64,000 nucleotides of DNA from the human T2T-CHM13v2.0 reference genome, Homo sapiens. A model generated the notes under the pieces. That model was not told where the DNA came from. It did no database searches and saw nothing but the letters and a program-made list of their open reading frames with translations. Both the position numbers and the translations under genes were made by a program. Numbering within the stretch: position 1 is the first letter of the stretch; the number at the start of each line of letters is the position of its first letter. The stretch lies in assembly GCF_009914755.1 (NCBI RefSeq), contig NC_060925.1. The stretch is one strand, 5' to 3'. Positions 15,033-28,786 of the stretch are shown here, piece by piece.

Positions 15033-16904
15033 TTATAGTAAGCTAAGATTAATTTATTATTCAAGAAAGAAAAACATTTTAAAGTACATTTATAGTAGCC
15101 CTAGTGTCTAGAGTTTTTAAAGTCTGCCGTAGGGTATAGTAGTGTCCTAGGCCCTCACATGCACTCACCGCTCACTCACTGACTCACCCAGAGCAACTTC
15201 CAGTCCTGCAAGCTCCATTCACAGTAAGTGCTCTCTACAGGTGACCATTTTTTATCTTTTGTATTGTATTTTTACTGTCCCTTTTCTGTGTTGAGATATG
15301 TTTAGAAACACAAATACTTACCCTTGTGTTACAACCGCCTGCAGTATTCAGGTCAGTAACATGCTGCACAGGTTTGGGGCCTTGGAGCAATCGGCTATAC
15401 CACGCAGCCTAGGTGTGCAGAAGGCTACACCATCTGGGTTTGCGTAAGTATACTCTGCGATGTTTGCACCACCACAAAATTGCCTAATGACACATTTCTC
15501 AGAGCATGTCCTCATTGTTAAGCCATGCCTGACTGTACTGAGCTATATTGTATGGTGTGGTTCATATTACATGTTGTACATTGCATTGTACATCATACTG
15601 TATACTGTGTGTTATATGAGGAGCACATTAATTTGGAAGTACTTTATCTGCTCAATTGCACCAGCATTCCATAATAATCATGCAGGATTGACTTTATTAT
15701 TGCTGTTGTTATTAAAGAGGGCCTGAGGAAGAACTCCCGCACAAGCCACCTTGCCTGCCTAAACCATCTGAATAAATCTGCGTCTTGGTGGACGGGGCTT
15801 TGGGGTGAGGTCCTGTGAGTGATGAGGCCCTCTCTGCCCTGGGATGGTGAAGTCCCATCTGCCATGGGGTCAGGATCGGGTGGGATCTGAGTGCACCCCG
15901 AAGCTGCTCCGTCCCTGGGAAAGGGGCTTTGCTTGCTCTGCCGGGGGAGGGAGCACAGACAGAGCAGCCTCCATGGTAGGGGCCAGGTCCTCACTCCTGG
16001 ATGGGGGCAAACCAGCTCTTCTCTGGGGGGGCTAGGCAGGGAGGAACAGGCGAGCACCTGGAGAAGGCAGCCAGGTGACACCCCCCAGGATGACCCATCT
16101 GCCCCTGGAGTGTACATCATCCTGCCTGTCTCCTGATGGATTTCCTGCCTTCTGGGGCCACCTCCAACCCCAGGCTGTGTTTCCTTCCTCTGAACTCAGG
16201 AAGCACTGAAAGTCTCCAAACCATTCCGCTGGCACTGCTCATACTGAATATTCTTAAATTACAAAAGTAAAAAATAAAAAAAAAGTCTAAGACCTGAATT
16301 ATCAACCTGACCGTCAGCTCCTTTAGGGCAAGGCAATGACTTTTATATGTCTCTTTATTCAGATGTGTCCCCCCAGCAGAAGACAGCTCCTCACATGCTC
16401 TCCTTTTGATTGTTAAATTCATAACTGTGCACAGGGTGGATTGCAGCAGTGAGTTCAAGGCAGAACAACAAACAATAATGGCACGTGTATTCCAGGCAAG
16501 AGGGAAGCACAAGGCCGAGCATGGTGCCAGCTTGCCTTTAACAGGTACAGTGCTGCGGGGAGGCAGCTAGTGCTGGGACCCAGTAGGGATAATGGGATAA
16601 CAAAGGTGCTCCTGCATTGTCAGATGCACAGAGAGACATAGCCATCAGTGGTATGCTTTCTCTCCCACTTATTTACCTCCTTTCTGATTTCCCAAAGCTA
16701 TTTTTGTTTTATTCCCAAACATGACACTTTTCTCCCTTTCTTATTTAGTTAATGAAAACAGAAACAATAACTTAATTATGTGATAGACAGTAAAGAGAAT
16801 ACTAAAGAAGTAGATATTTGACACAAGCTTTGAAAATTAAGTTGAAAAGAAAGGGTACTGCTGTTAATAATCAGCAGCTGTCAGTGAGAGCTATCACTTG
16901 AACA

Positions 16905-17050
16905 ACTATCACAAAATCTCCACTCCTCAAAACAGCCCTGCAGTGTAGACATTATCCCCATTTTAGAGGCGAGGGAGTGCCAGCTCAGGGAAGCTACCCT
17001 CACAGGCTGGTAGATGTCCACACTTGAATCAAGGGTGAACCAGACCCCCA
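16905..17050 (-). mobile_element. MIR
   Basis: ACAGCCCTG..ATTATCCCCATTTTAGAGG.GAGG. Confidence 0.6.
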
Positions 17051-17699
17051 TATGCCCACAAGCACACACAAGCTGATGTGGACTCTGGGAATGAATGAAA
17101 TTCATTGTAAAATTAGCATATGCAAAAAATTAGCAGCAAAATGCTGCTGCTGCTGCTGCAAAAAAAAATGCATATAATGTAATATACTTTCAATCCAAAC
17201 ATCTTCTGTTTTAATGATCTGTTTTAGCCATGGTTTCACCTTGGAGGGATCTGCTCCATTCATAAAGCAGAGAATTGGGCTGCTGCAGAAGCAGGGAAGC
17301 AGGGTTGAACTGGTGGGAGGCAGTGGTGGGGTGGAGGCCTGGTTCCTTGCGTTAGTACACCTGCCACTCCAGATTCCTTAGGACAAGTAAGCCCAGCCTC
17401 TGTAAGGTCCCACCGGCCTCCAAGATCCAGGAGCACTGAGGAGGTGCCAGGGGGCAAAAAGGCATCAAGGGACTCAAGGCAAAGAGAGGCTTGGCAATTG
17501 TGACGGGTCAGGGTGGGGCAGGCTCCCCTGGTGGCTACAGGCTCCTCATGCTCCACGGAGGGGCAGGAGGACAAGCTGACTCAGGCCAAATGAAGAGGAA
17601 GAAAGGAGGAAATGTGGCCACCTATGGATCCTGCCAAGAGATGTGATGGACTTCTCTTCATGAGCCCAGAGAAACTTGGGTTCCAGCCTATGCTCCGGT

Positions 17700-18062
17700 G
17701 AGGACCCAGCACTCAGCATATAGTGCCACTGATGTCAGTCTGGCATCATGCGCCAGGGCCTGCACCAGCTGCTGGGCACACAGTGGTATATGACAGAGTC
17801 CCTGCTCTCCTAGAGCATGGGGTCCAGTTGGGGAGACAGACACACAACCAATCATGATTTGCTGTCTGCTAAGATACCGCCATGCACAGGGGGCTACATA
17901 CAGGTGTTCAGAGAAGGAATCCCAAACCAGAGGATTGGAGGAGAATAGATGCCTCATGAATCTCAAAAGACTGGCAGAGGCTAACCAAGCAAAGAGAGTG
18001 GAAAGAGCACTGAGGCATGGGGATGGCAGGTGTGGGCAAAGGTGCAGCACATGTGAGGAGGA
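17700..18062 (-). mobile_element. L2 fragment
   Basis: GCCAGG.CCTG..CTGGG..GACAGAGTCCCTGCTCTC..GGGGAGACAGAC. Confidence 0.55.
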
Positions 18063-18063
18063 G

Positions 18064-18458
18064 TGTCTCAGTCTGCTCTGGCTGTGTAACAAAGCACTGC
18101 AGACTGGGGGGTGGTAAACCATAGAGATGTACCATCTTACAGTTCTAGAGGTTGGAAGTCCAAAATCAAGGTGTTGGCAGGCTTGGTTCCTCCTGAGGCC
18201 TCTCTCCTTGGCTTGTAGGGAGACAGCACTCTGCCATCTTGCTGAGTCCTCACATGGTCTTCCCTCTGTGCATGTCCGTGTCCTCATCTCCTCTTCTTAT
18301 AAGGACACTGGTCATATTAGTCTAGGGCCCACCCTCATTACCTCATTTTAACTGAATTTCCTTAAAGACTCTGTCTCCAAGTACAGTCCAATTATGAGGT
18401 ATGTGGGGTTAGGACTCCAGCCTATAAATTACTGGGGGACATAATATGGCTCATAAGA
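18064..18458 (-). mobile_element. MLT1A0-like MaLR LTR
   Basis: TGTCTCAGTCTGCT..GGAAGTCCAAAATCAAGGTG..CTTATAAGGACAC..GGGGGACA. Confidence 0.85.
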
Positions 18459-18589
18459 GTGGGGAAGTGCAGGAGGCTGGTGCACCCAGCGGGAGCTGAG
18501 TCTGGAGGCACAAGTCCCGCCAGACCCAGAGCCTGGAGAGACATGCAGAAGGCTCCCACTTTGCCCTGTGGAGGGCAGGGATCTTGGGG

Positions 18590-18790
18590 GTCACAGCTTG
18601 AGACTCAGCTCTTGCACTTGGCAGCTGTTTGAACTTGGGCATGCTGCTTTACCTTGGAGTCATAGTTCCCCCTTTGGGAAAATCAGGATAAAACTATCTA
18701 TCTTGTGGGATATGTTGTGAAAATTAAAAGAAAATGTTTCTAAAGCAATGTCACGGGATCTGTCAGGCAGTAGGCATATCGGATGGGAAA
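18590..18790 (+). mobile_element. MIR
   Basis: GCTGT.TGAACTTGGGCA..CTTTACCT..GTTGTGAAAATTAAA.GA.AATG. Confidence 0.6.
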
Positions 18791-19851
18791 TGTGATGAGG
18801 AGAAGCATGAACATGGTGCGGGAGCTCGGAGGAGGCTTTACCAGGCCCGGCAGCCAGGTGGCCGTTGTGCCCTAGGACAGGCGGCACATGGGCGCGTGGG
18901 GAGACCCCAGAGGGCTCTTAGGACTGTCTGTGCATCAGGCAGTGCCATCACAGTGTGATCTGTGGATCACCCGCTTGAGCATCGCCCTATGAAAGCGCAG
19001 ATCGCAGGCCCAGCTCAGCCATCCTGAGTCCGGATGGAACCTGTGTCTAAACTGCTTCCTAGGAGCTCAGTCTGAGAATCATCCTGGAGACCTGCAAATC
19101 TGAGGGGTGGAAAGAGGAAGAGGAACAGAAACAGAGTGAATGCAGATCTTATTGTTCGTGCTTCTTACCCAAGGCCAGGGGTAAGCCTTTTCCCAAAAGA
19201 GTGGAATGGGGAGGCCCATCTCACTGCACTGCCCGCTCCTGTGACACTGAGAGCGCAGTGGGCAGAGACCCCCAAGAGTCCTGCAGGGCAGACAGGCAGA
19301 CATCTGCTCTGTTACTAAGCCACGCTGTGCACCTCCAGCCAGCAAAGTTGAGCTTTTGCCCAGAGTTGGCAGCTCCCCAAGAATCAGACTTGTGGAGAAC
19401 ATGGTAAACGCTGGTCTGCTTATTTTGGGATTGAGGGATTGTGAGGGATCGTGCTTATGTCTCCTTCCAGAAGTTTAATGAACAAAATATTACCATTAGT
19501 CAAGCCTACGTGACCACCAGCTGACCAGGACACCTGCAGTTCTTTAATTAAGCTCTAGAGATGAGACATCCCCTACCCTGTGTCCCCTACGGAGTAGTGA
19601 CCAGACGAGTTAATTTGCCTTGAGTCGTTAACCTGAGAGGACCATTAGCTCTCTGGGAAATGATTTTAATGTGAACCTACTACCTTTTGCTAAGAAAAGG
19701 AAGGCTCTGTCCCTTTCACACCCAGCTCAAGAGGAACAGCCAGTCTTAAGTCAAATGCCCATTTCTCTAGTGTGAAGAGTAAAGATGACAGATGTTCACA
19801 GGCAACCTCAGTTAGTTCCTTCCCTTGTCGAAAAATGCTGGACTCTCTCAC

Positions 19852-19961
19852 TCCCCCCCACCCCCCCCCACACGCATACACACACACAGGCGCAGGCACA
19901 TGTGCACACACACACACACGAACACAGACATATCATTCGTGTGCGTGCGCACACACACACT
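19852..19961. repeat. Poly-C plus CA/CG-rich microsatellite
   Basis: C7AC9 followed by interrupted (CA)n. Confidence 0.85.
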
Positions 19962-20922
19962 CGTATCTTCCGGAGGCCAGCTTTGACACACATCACCTTC
20001 TCATAGTAGATGAATTATTGGGTCTATTGCTGCATTCATATCCTCCCTAATTAAATTCTGCTAGCCTGGAATTGTGATCCTTTGGTTTATCAGGAAGCTA
20101 CGCTCTGCTGTTATTTGCCCTTATGTTACATACAAAGAGAGTGTTAAAAGCTACTTCATGATATACACATCTGACAGGGGGCCAATTAAACACACTGGAC
20201 CAGGCTGCCTGTTTTGTGCCATTGATGCTGGCTGCAAATTACAAATGAATTTATGCTTTTCATTTCATGCTCAGCATGGTGCTTTCTCAGCAATGTTTCA
20301 TAAGCATAAGGCCAGGTGCTTTTGTGTGAAAGGAACAAAATGAAATTTCTTTAAAAATGCAAATCCTAATCCAGACTGCCCACCCCTACCCTGGCTTATC
20401 CTGACTGGTGGGTATTTACTGTCTCCTGTTCCTGGGGGGTGCTACCTGGCTCTGAAGAGGCCTTTCCAGGGCAGTCTTGAGCAGGGTCAGGGAGGGGTGC
20501 TGTGGAGGGGCAACCTCCAGCCGTCCCGTGTGGCCAAGAGCTTTCAGAGACAGGGTGCCCCTGCCACCAGACAGTGAGGAGTTGCAAAAGAGGCAGCTAT
20601 GGGGGTCTCTGTGCAGCACTCAGCGGGAGGATCCCCAACTCTGTGGCCACGCATGACTGTTGGAGGGTGGGACATCAGCTGAGACTTCCTTACTCAAGCA
20701 GAACAGAAATATTTTCATAATATGGACTCATTTAAGGTAAAAAATGTGCCAGGCCTTATAAAAATATAAAGATGAATCTAGTTTCTGACCTTCAGCAGAG
20801 AGACACACAGATACACCAAACGGGCAGAGGACACAGCAGGAGCTGCAGGCTGCCTGTGCTGGCATTGTGGAGGGACCTCCCCCGCACCCCGGTAAACGCG
20901 GAGAGCAGGGTACTCTCTAGGG

Positions 20923-21116
20923 CAGGAGCCAGCAAGCTTTTCCTGCAAAGAGCCAGGTGGTCTACATTTCAGGCTGTTGCAGGCCTCGGGGTCTTTGTCG
21001 CAACAAGTCAACTCTAACGTGATAGAGTTAGAAGGCATCTATAGGATGAGCATGGCTGTGTTCCAATACAATTTTATTTACAAAACAGGTGGTGGGCTGT
21101 GGGCGGCCGACTCCTG
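20923..21116 (+). mobile_element. MER58A-like hAT MITE
   Basis: CAGG..CCTG ends; GGCTGTGTTCCAATA.AA.TTTATTTACAAAACAGGTGGTGGGC. Confidence 0.8.
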
Positions 21117-21656
21117 AGCTAGAGGGTTGGATCATTGCACATGGTTGCAGTCCATTTTCAAGATATTTTAAAGGTAAATTGTTATTTCTAGCTCTCTGTC
21201 TCTTCTGATACTATTAATCTACTAGAATAATTTTTTACAATGATTTTTTAATTATGAAAGACATACATGATCACTATATAATTATCAGAAAATAGAGGTA
21301 AACAAAAAGAAAACAGTCACATTTCTGAGCTAGTCTTCATCTTGCCTCTTCCTTTTCTCTACTCGCAAACATCCCTCATGGTCCCACCCACATGCAGGGA
21401 GGCTCAGCTGGCAGGAGAGGAGGGAGGGCCTGGTGACCTCGGCTGGCCCCTCATGTGCTGCTGGTCCATAGTGAGGGTGGAGCCTCACCAGTGTGGCCAC
21501 AGGCATGCTCACAGGGAGCTGTCGAGTTTCTGCTGAAGTCCGAAGTGACCCACTTCAACCCGCCATGGTCTCTGTGAACCCTGGGATGGAGTCATTACTC
21601 TCCACATGGTTGGAATTCCTACTGGGGTGACTTATGAAAGTGGAACAGGCCCAGCT

Positions 21657-22490
21657 CCATTCAGTCAACACGTGTTAAGCACTGATGGGTGCCAGGCATT
21701 GTTCTAGGCACTGTGGCCAACAAGACAACCTAGAAGCTTTCATTCTTGTAGGGGAGGTTAATTATAAACAAATCAACAACAAAAACTATAAAAATGGTTA
21801 TCTAAATGTTGGATGGTAATGGTTGCAAATAGTAGAATGGGAAGTATTTGGCAGCACGGATGAGATGGAGTGATGCCCTCCCATTGGGTGGTAAGGGACT
21901 CCTCCGAGGAAGGGAGGAGGACAGGCGGGTCTTGAAAACACGGAGGGCAGAGCATTCTAGGCAGACAAAGAGTACATGCAAAAGTCCTTCAGCAGCACCG
22001 TGTTCATGCCCTTGAGGACAGACAGCAGTCCCACAGGCTGGATCAAACGGACTCACGGCAAAAATGAAAGAAGTTAGGTAGGAAGTCAGGGCCTTTAGAC
22101 TGTGGCGAGGAGCTGAGATTTTATTCAAGAGCCATGGGAAGCCAGCCGAGGATTTTAGGCAGGAAAGCTGCATAACCTGACTCCCATTTGTGAAAGCTTG
22201 CTCCTGCTGTTTTTGGAGAACAGACTGCAGGGACGAAAGGGAAAATGAGGAGACTCTTTGGCGGCTGCAGGAGGAGGTGCTGATAGCATGGACGCCACTG
22301 TTCTGATGTCCCCAGAGATGGGGAGCTGGTAGGCTTTTCTCTCAGCTCTGGTAGGGGGTGGTGCCATTCACTGAAATGGAAAGATGGAGGAGGTTAGGGT
22401 GGGCTGGCGCAGAAAACAAGCGTGGGTTATGGACAGGACAAGCCGGAGGTGCCTGTTAGCACCAAGAAGAGTCAGGAGCTCTAGCAAGAG
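21657..22490 (-). mobile_element. L2 3' fragment
   Basis: CATTCA.TCAACA..AGCAC..TGCCAGGCATTGTTCTAGGCACTG, with L2-like sequence continuing to GGTGCCATTCACTGA. Confidence 0.8.
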
Positions 22491-24699
22491 GACTTTTTAA
22501 CCAGTCTCAACTGAACACCTGCAGTGTGCCAGGCCCAAGCTGGCCCCATCTGCGGTGACTGCCCATGCCCTCTCATCCTCCTGTCCATGTGCAGCCTGAC
22601 CCTAGCACCACCCGCTGGCCTGGGATTATCAGGCTGAGCCTGCCGCCATGAAGTCCTCCAGCCTCACCTGACCAGCCCCAGGCAGGATGTGGCGCATTCA
22701 CGGGTAAACAAGTGAGGGAGGGACACTGGAGCACCCCACAGAGCATCTGGGGCCCTGCAAGGCCATCGCAGGCCCAGCTGTCTCTCTGGAAAAATGCCAT
22801 GGACACTCTTGATCAGTCAGATGTTGGCAGTGACACTGCTGTCTTGCTTCATTGCATTTGCAAAATAAGCAAAGTTTGTAGTGCTCCCTGTCTTCTACGT
22901 GTGAGCGGGTGTGTTTCTCATCAACTCACTGCAGTTACAAAACCAATTAGAGCTGTAAAATGTGGAATGGCCTCTGTGTGAACAGCCTGGGACATCCTCA
23001 GAGCTCCAGAGCCCACTGCTTTGATGTCAGAGCTGGGGGTGGGGTGGGGTGGAGTGGAAAGGCCATGGGAAGGGAGCCGGCTCTGAAACACGTGGAGGCC
23101 AAGGTGGTAAGGTGGTAGTGATGTGGAGGCCTTGCCGATCAGGGGCCCACACACCGCACCCTGGCAGGGGAGGGCCGGGGGCTTTCTGTGCCTCACCCAC
23201 AGATAAGAAGGAAGTGGGAGCCAGTGCCAGTCCCTCAGCTTCCTCCTTGCAGGCCTTCTCTGCTTGCCCTTTCTCCACATTTGGCCCAGACATTGAAGCT
23301 ATGAGCCACATGGCAGGAAGTTCACAACTGCTGTGCTGACAGAAGCCAGAAAGGAGGCTGTTTTCTGGAAGCCTGCCCTGTGCAGGCCTGACAAGAGCTG
23401 GGGGAAGTTAGGAGGCCCTTGATGGGACCACGGCCATGCATGACACTGGGACCTCTTGCACTAGGAAGACATCCTGTATCATAAAATTCAAGGAACTCCG
23501 GAGCTGGCAAGGACTGTGGCAGTCATAACGTTCAATGTCTTCATTTCCTGGGTCTATGACGAAGACCCAGGAAAGTGAGGTGACTTTTCCAGAAGAGTGA
23601 CAAAGGCAGAACAAGAACCAATTTCCTGACTCCCTATCCCAGAGCCCTTCACCAGTGACGGTGGGGATGCTCGCAAGCCTCCCAGGCCAGGGCTGCCCAG
23701 GCTTACTCAGGTCAAGGCCGTCAGAGGAAAGAATTATCTCTGCACCACCCCTGTCGCAAAGGGACAAGGCTGCTCTCAGATGGAGGCAACCTGCTGGGGA
23801 CTCCTGCCACCCCAGCCCTGCTGGGCTCACCACACCCACTGGGTGTTGTATACACGCGTGTGTGTGCATGTATGCATGTGCATGCATATGACTGGGATCA
23901 CTGATTCTGTGGCGTTCCAAGTCTGCGTGGTTTCTTAGAATCCATTATTGATTGAGGGGCCTGAAGAAGATGAAACCCATACGTTGCACCGCAAAGTTTT
24001 TTGCACTTCCTTATTCCAGGAGATGAGTTCGCAGATCCTTTCTTTGGCGAAAGGAAAGAAAACCACAATAGATAAAGCAACTTTCTTAGATCACACAGCA
24101 TATTCACAATGGAGCTGAAACAAGTAAATTAGCTGGACTCACATCTCCAAACCTGAAAAAAACATAGTCACCTCTTTAGACATCAGATGAAGTATAAAGA
24201 AAATAGAAATAAAGGCAAAAGTACTACAGCTGGATTTCATGGGGACCCTGACAATTCTCATCAGATACCCGACTCCTGAGGTGTTAGTTCTGAAAAGTGG
24301 GCCAAACACTTGGCCCGGAGTTCACCTTTAAGGTTAGTTTAGCAGACTCTGAGAAGCACTAATTAAGACGTGTTAAGCAAATGAAACAAAGTAAAACAAG
24401 ACAGTTATACAGGCAAATATGTTTAGGAAACCTTTGGTAAGCAGAACTAAATGGATTCTTTACAGCAGGACCTCTCCCACTCTCGAATGCTAACATGCAC
24501 TGGGACTCTCCAAGAATAAGGTAGAGCAAAGGATAGTTTCTGAATTTATTTGACCATGGAATATTCTTCACCCATATCTCTGGTTGGTCAGAGGTTTTGC
24601 CAAAATGACTTTGGAGAGAAAATGTTGTTTTGATATAGTTTTCCAATGCAACCAAATAGGAATGGTCCTGTTTAAGAATGGAAGAGGTGCAGGAGTTAC

Positions 24700-25612
24700 A
24701 GAATGGCAGAGTGAGGCCCTCCATAAGCCTACTCTCCCATTAAAATAACAGAAACACTAGGAAATGGTCAAAATAAACTGTTTCAGAACTCTGGAAATTA
24801 ACCAAAGGCTGGCAACAATCTGAGGGCGTTTATTCAGGAAAAACTGTTGAACCTTGGTAAGAGCAGAAAGGTTTGTGACACTTGAACTTGGCCTATTCCC
24901 ATCCCATTCTACCCAGCCCCTGTTAGCCATGATAACTAGCAGCCTCACAACCACAGGAATGGTAAAAACCAGCAACCTTGCAGCCACCAGAGGAAATAGA
25001 CTGGGTTTGAAGCTCCTCAAAATGTCCCATCTGCAAAGCATTGTCATTATTTAGCTGTCCTTCCGACTTCTGGAGAAGTCCCATTTACCAGGCATTGTTG
25101 AAATTTGGCCTAACAGAGTTCACTCTGAAGAAAAACTCTATACCCAGGGGATTGGTCAAAAACCATCAGCAGCAATTGTGTATCACTGCAGCTGCCTGAG
25201 GCTGCACTGTCAGGTGGGACAATCAAGAGTCTGGCCAAAAATGTAACAGGAATAGCTGGGGAATGATGTTTCCCTGTGGGGCTTTGAAAAGCTCTGACAT
25301 ATTCCCAGGGATCTAAAAGGCTATCTATGCATGTGTGCAGGGTTGTGCACAAGCCCAGAAAAGACCCAAGAAGGTCCCAGTCTCTCAGCTCACCCAATCT
25401 CTGGCTAACCATAAGGCTCTGCACAAACAAGAAGTAAAGGTTAAAGCAGGGTTGTAAACTGAGCATTGAAGAGATGCCCCAGCACACCCGGGGCCCCTTG
25501 GCAAAGGGTGGAAGATCTACTGGCTCAAAGCATTTAAAGAAATTTCTGGCAAATCATTAGCTGACCAATAAGGTAACTGAACAGAAACGTCAGCAGTGGC
25601 ACAATATACTGT
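24700..25612 (+). mobile_element. Old L1M 5' region
   Basis: Resembles an ancient L1 5' UTR (TTTCAGAACTCTGGAAATTAACCAAAGGCT); adjacent to L1 3' sequence in the same orientation. Confidence 0.55.
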
Positions 25613-26432
25613 GATGGCCATTATAAAAAGACGAAAGATAAACTGTTGGTGAGAATGTGGAAAAAAGGGATCCCTCGCACACTGTTGTTGGGAATGTAAA
25701 TTAGTACAGACATTATGGAAGACCGTATGGAGATTTCTCAAAAAACTAAAAATAGAACTACCATATGATCCAGCAATCCCACTTCTGGGTATACGCCCAA
25801 AGGAATTGAAATCAGCATATCAAAGAGTTATGTGCACCCCCATATTCACTGCAGCATTACTCACAATAGCCAAGATATGAAATCAACCTAAGTGTTCATC
25901 AACAAATGAATGGACAAAGAAAACGCAGCATACAAACACAATGGAGCATTATTCATCCTTTAAAAAGAAGGAAATTCTTTCATTTGTGGCCACATGGATG
26001 AATGTGGAGGACATTATGTTAAGTGAAATAAGCTAGGCGCAGAAGGATAAATACTGCATATTCTCACTTATATGTGGAATCTAAAAACAAAAAGTCGAAC
26101 TTATAGAAATAGAGAGTAGAATGATGGTTACCAGAAGCTGGCTTCCTGGGGGAGACATTGGTTAAAAGGTAGAAAGTTTCACTTAAATAGGAGAAATAAG
26201 TTTTTAGATATATTGCACAGCACGGTGACTATAGTTAATAATAATGTATATTTCAAATTGCTAAGAAAGTAAATTGTAAATGTTCTCATCACAAAAAAAT
26301 GGTAAGTATGTGAGATGTTAGGTATGTTAATTAGCTTGATTTAATCATTCCGCAATGTCCAAATATATCAAAACTTTACATCATACTCCATAAATATATG
26401 TAATTACTACTTATCAATTTAAAAAAATGAAA
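25613..26432 (+). mobile_element. L1MA-type 3' end
   Basis: AGAACTACCATATGATCCAGCAATCCCACTTCTGGG; L1MA 3' UTR GTATGTTAATTAGCTTGATTTAATCATTCC; A tail. Confidence 0.88.
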
Positions 26433-28212
26433 TTAAAAACAATTTCATTTATAGTAGTATCAAAAGGGACACATTTCTTAGAATAAACTTAACCAAAAAA
26501 TACAAGACTTATACACTGATGACTACAAAACATTGTTGAAATAAATGAAAGGCCTAACTAAATAAATAGAAAGATTTCCCAAGGCCATGGATAGGAAGAC
26601 AATATTATTGAGATGACAATTCTCTCCAAACTGATCTATAGATCTAACACAATCTTTACCAAAATTCTAACCAGCTCTTTTTCAGAAATTATTAACAAGC
26701 TGATCCTAAAATTCATGTGAAAATGCTAGGGACCCAGAATAGCCAAAACAATCTAGGAAAAGAACAAACTTGAAATTTTCACACTTCCTGATTTTCAAAC
26801 TTATTATAAAGCTATAGTAATCAGACCATATGGTACTGACATAAGGAAAACATAGATCAATGAAATGTAATCGAGTGTCCAGAAATAAACCCTTTATTTA
26901 TGGTCAATTGATTTTTCAGAAGGGTGCCAAGACAACTGAATGGGGGAAAAATAGACTCTTGAACAAACAGTGGTGGACACAAATAAACAGTGATGTCCAC
27001 AAATAAAAAAGTAAAGTTGGACCCTCTACCTCACGCCATACACAGAAATTAACTCAGAATAGTCACAGACATAAAGGTAAGAGCTAACGTCATGAAACCC
27101 TTTGGAAAAAAAACAGAATCTGTACGATCTTGATTTAGGCAATGGTTTGTTACATATAGCACCAAAAGCACAAACAACAAAAGAAAAAAATAGATAAATT
27201 GAACTCTGTCAAAGTTAAAATTTTTGTGCTGCAAACAATACTATCAAGAAAGAGGAAAAAAATAACCCACAGAATAGAGGGAACTATTAGCAAATTCACG
27301 TATAGCAAGGGATTTATATCCAGAGTATATAAAAGAATTCTTACAACTCAATAATAAAAAGACAAGTAATCCAATTAAAAATGGGCAAAGGATTTGAGTA
27401 AACATGTCTCCAAAGAAGACATATGAATGACAAATAAGAACTTGAAAAAAATGCTCATCATCATTAATCATCAGGGAAGTGCAAATCAAAACCACAATGA
27501 GATGCAACTTCATGCCCAATAGGGTAGCTATAATCAAAAAGACAGAAAATAACAAGTATTGGCAAGGAAGTGGAAAAGTTGGAACTCTCATACATTACTA
27601 ATGAGAATGTAAAATGGTACAGCCCCTTTGGAAAACACTTTGGCAGATCCTCTAAATGTTAAACATAGACATGACCCAGCGTTCCACTCCCAGGTACATA
27701 TGCAAAAGAAATGAAAATGTATGTCCACACAAAACTTGTACATGAACATTCATAGCAATATAATTCATAGTAGCCAAAAAGTGAAAACAACTCAAATGTC
27801 CATGAACTGATAAATGGATAAACAAAATGTAATATATCCATAAATGGAACATTTCTGTTTCTTGAAAAGAAATGAAGTGCTAATATGGATGAGCCTTAAA
27901 AACATTATGCTGAGTGAAAGAGCCAGACATAAAGAAGCACTTTATGTCCATTTATGTGAAAAGTCCAGAATTGGCAAACCTAAAGAGACAGATGTATATT
28001 AGAGGTTCCCTAGAGCTGGGGAGGAGGTTAGGAATGGGAATGACTATTCATGGGGTGGGGTTTCTTTTTGGGGTGACGACAACAACCTAAAATTACACTG
28101 TGCTAGTGGTTGCACAACTCTGTGAATACACCAACAACCACTGAATAATACACTTTAAATGGGTAGGTTTTATGATTTGTGAATTACATCTTATTAAAGA
28201 TGTTTTAAAAAG
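26433..28212 (+). mobile_element. L1MB-type ORF2 C-terminal region plus 3' UTR
   Basis: CAAGCTGATCCTAAAATTCAT, GCAAATCAAAACCACAATGAGAT; 3' UTR GGTTGCACAACTCTGTGAATA. ORF disrupted. Confidence 0.88.
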
Positions 28213-28786
28213 CAATGGAAGAGGTTCAAACTAACCCAGGTTTTTCTTTTACCAGGTGCACACATGCATTCTAGCTTACCATGGGAGAAGAAAACCTATT
28301 CTTCTTTGTGAGATACTCTGAAATCATACTATGCTTTGCTGCCAGAGAGCTGACTAGAGAATAGCCCAGGAGCCTACCAGGAGAATCAACACGAAAAAAA
28401 ACACATTTTCCGTGGTGTTTCTCAGACTGGCTCTTTGCTTTTTTCTCTTTCAGCAACCTAGCATTCTCTTTTTATTTTTATCTCAAGCACATAATAACTC
28501 TATTAATTCTCTCTAAGTATTTCCAAGTGTAAGCCCTGCTGTGCTGCTTTAATGAGTAGATTCATTTATAATTAGCATTCATTTGAAATCAATATTTTTC
28601 TTGCATCCTTTAAAATCTAACTAAAATGAACCTTTCAGAAAAACATCTGTATTAACACCCTCCTGACTAGGCAATCTTAACTGTAGTCATTCCTTCATTC
28701 TGCACACTGGCAATGCTACTATGAACACCTTATTCAGTATTAATTTATATTTACTCACAGGAACACACCATTTAGGTAAAGGGGAC

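Noticed and set aside
17688-18287. 199-aa ORF, the longest in the track
   Set aside because: Spans an MLT1A0 LTR and an L2 fragment; no recognisable domain.
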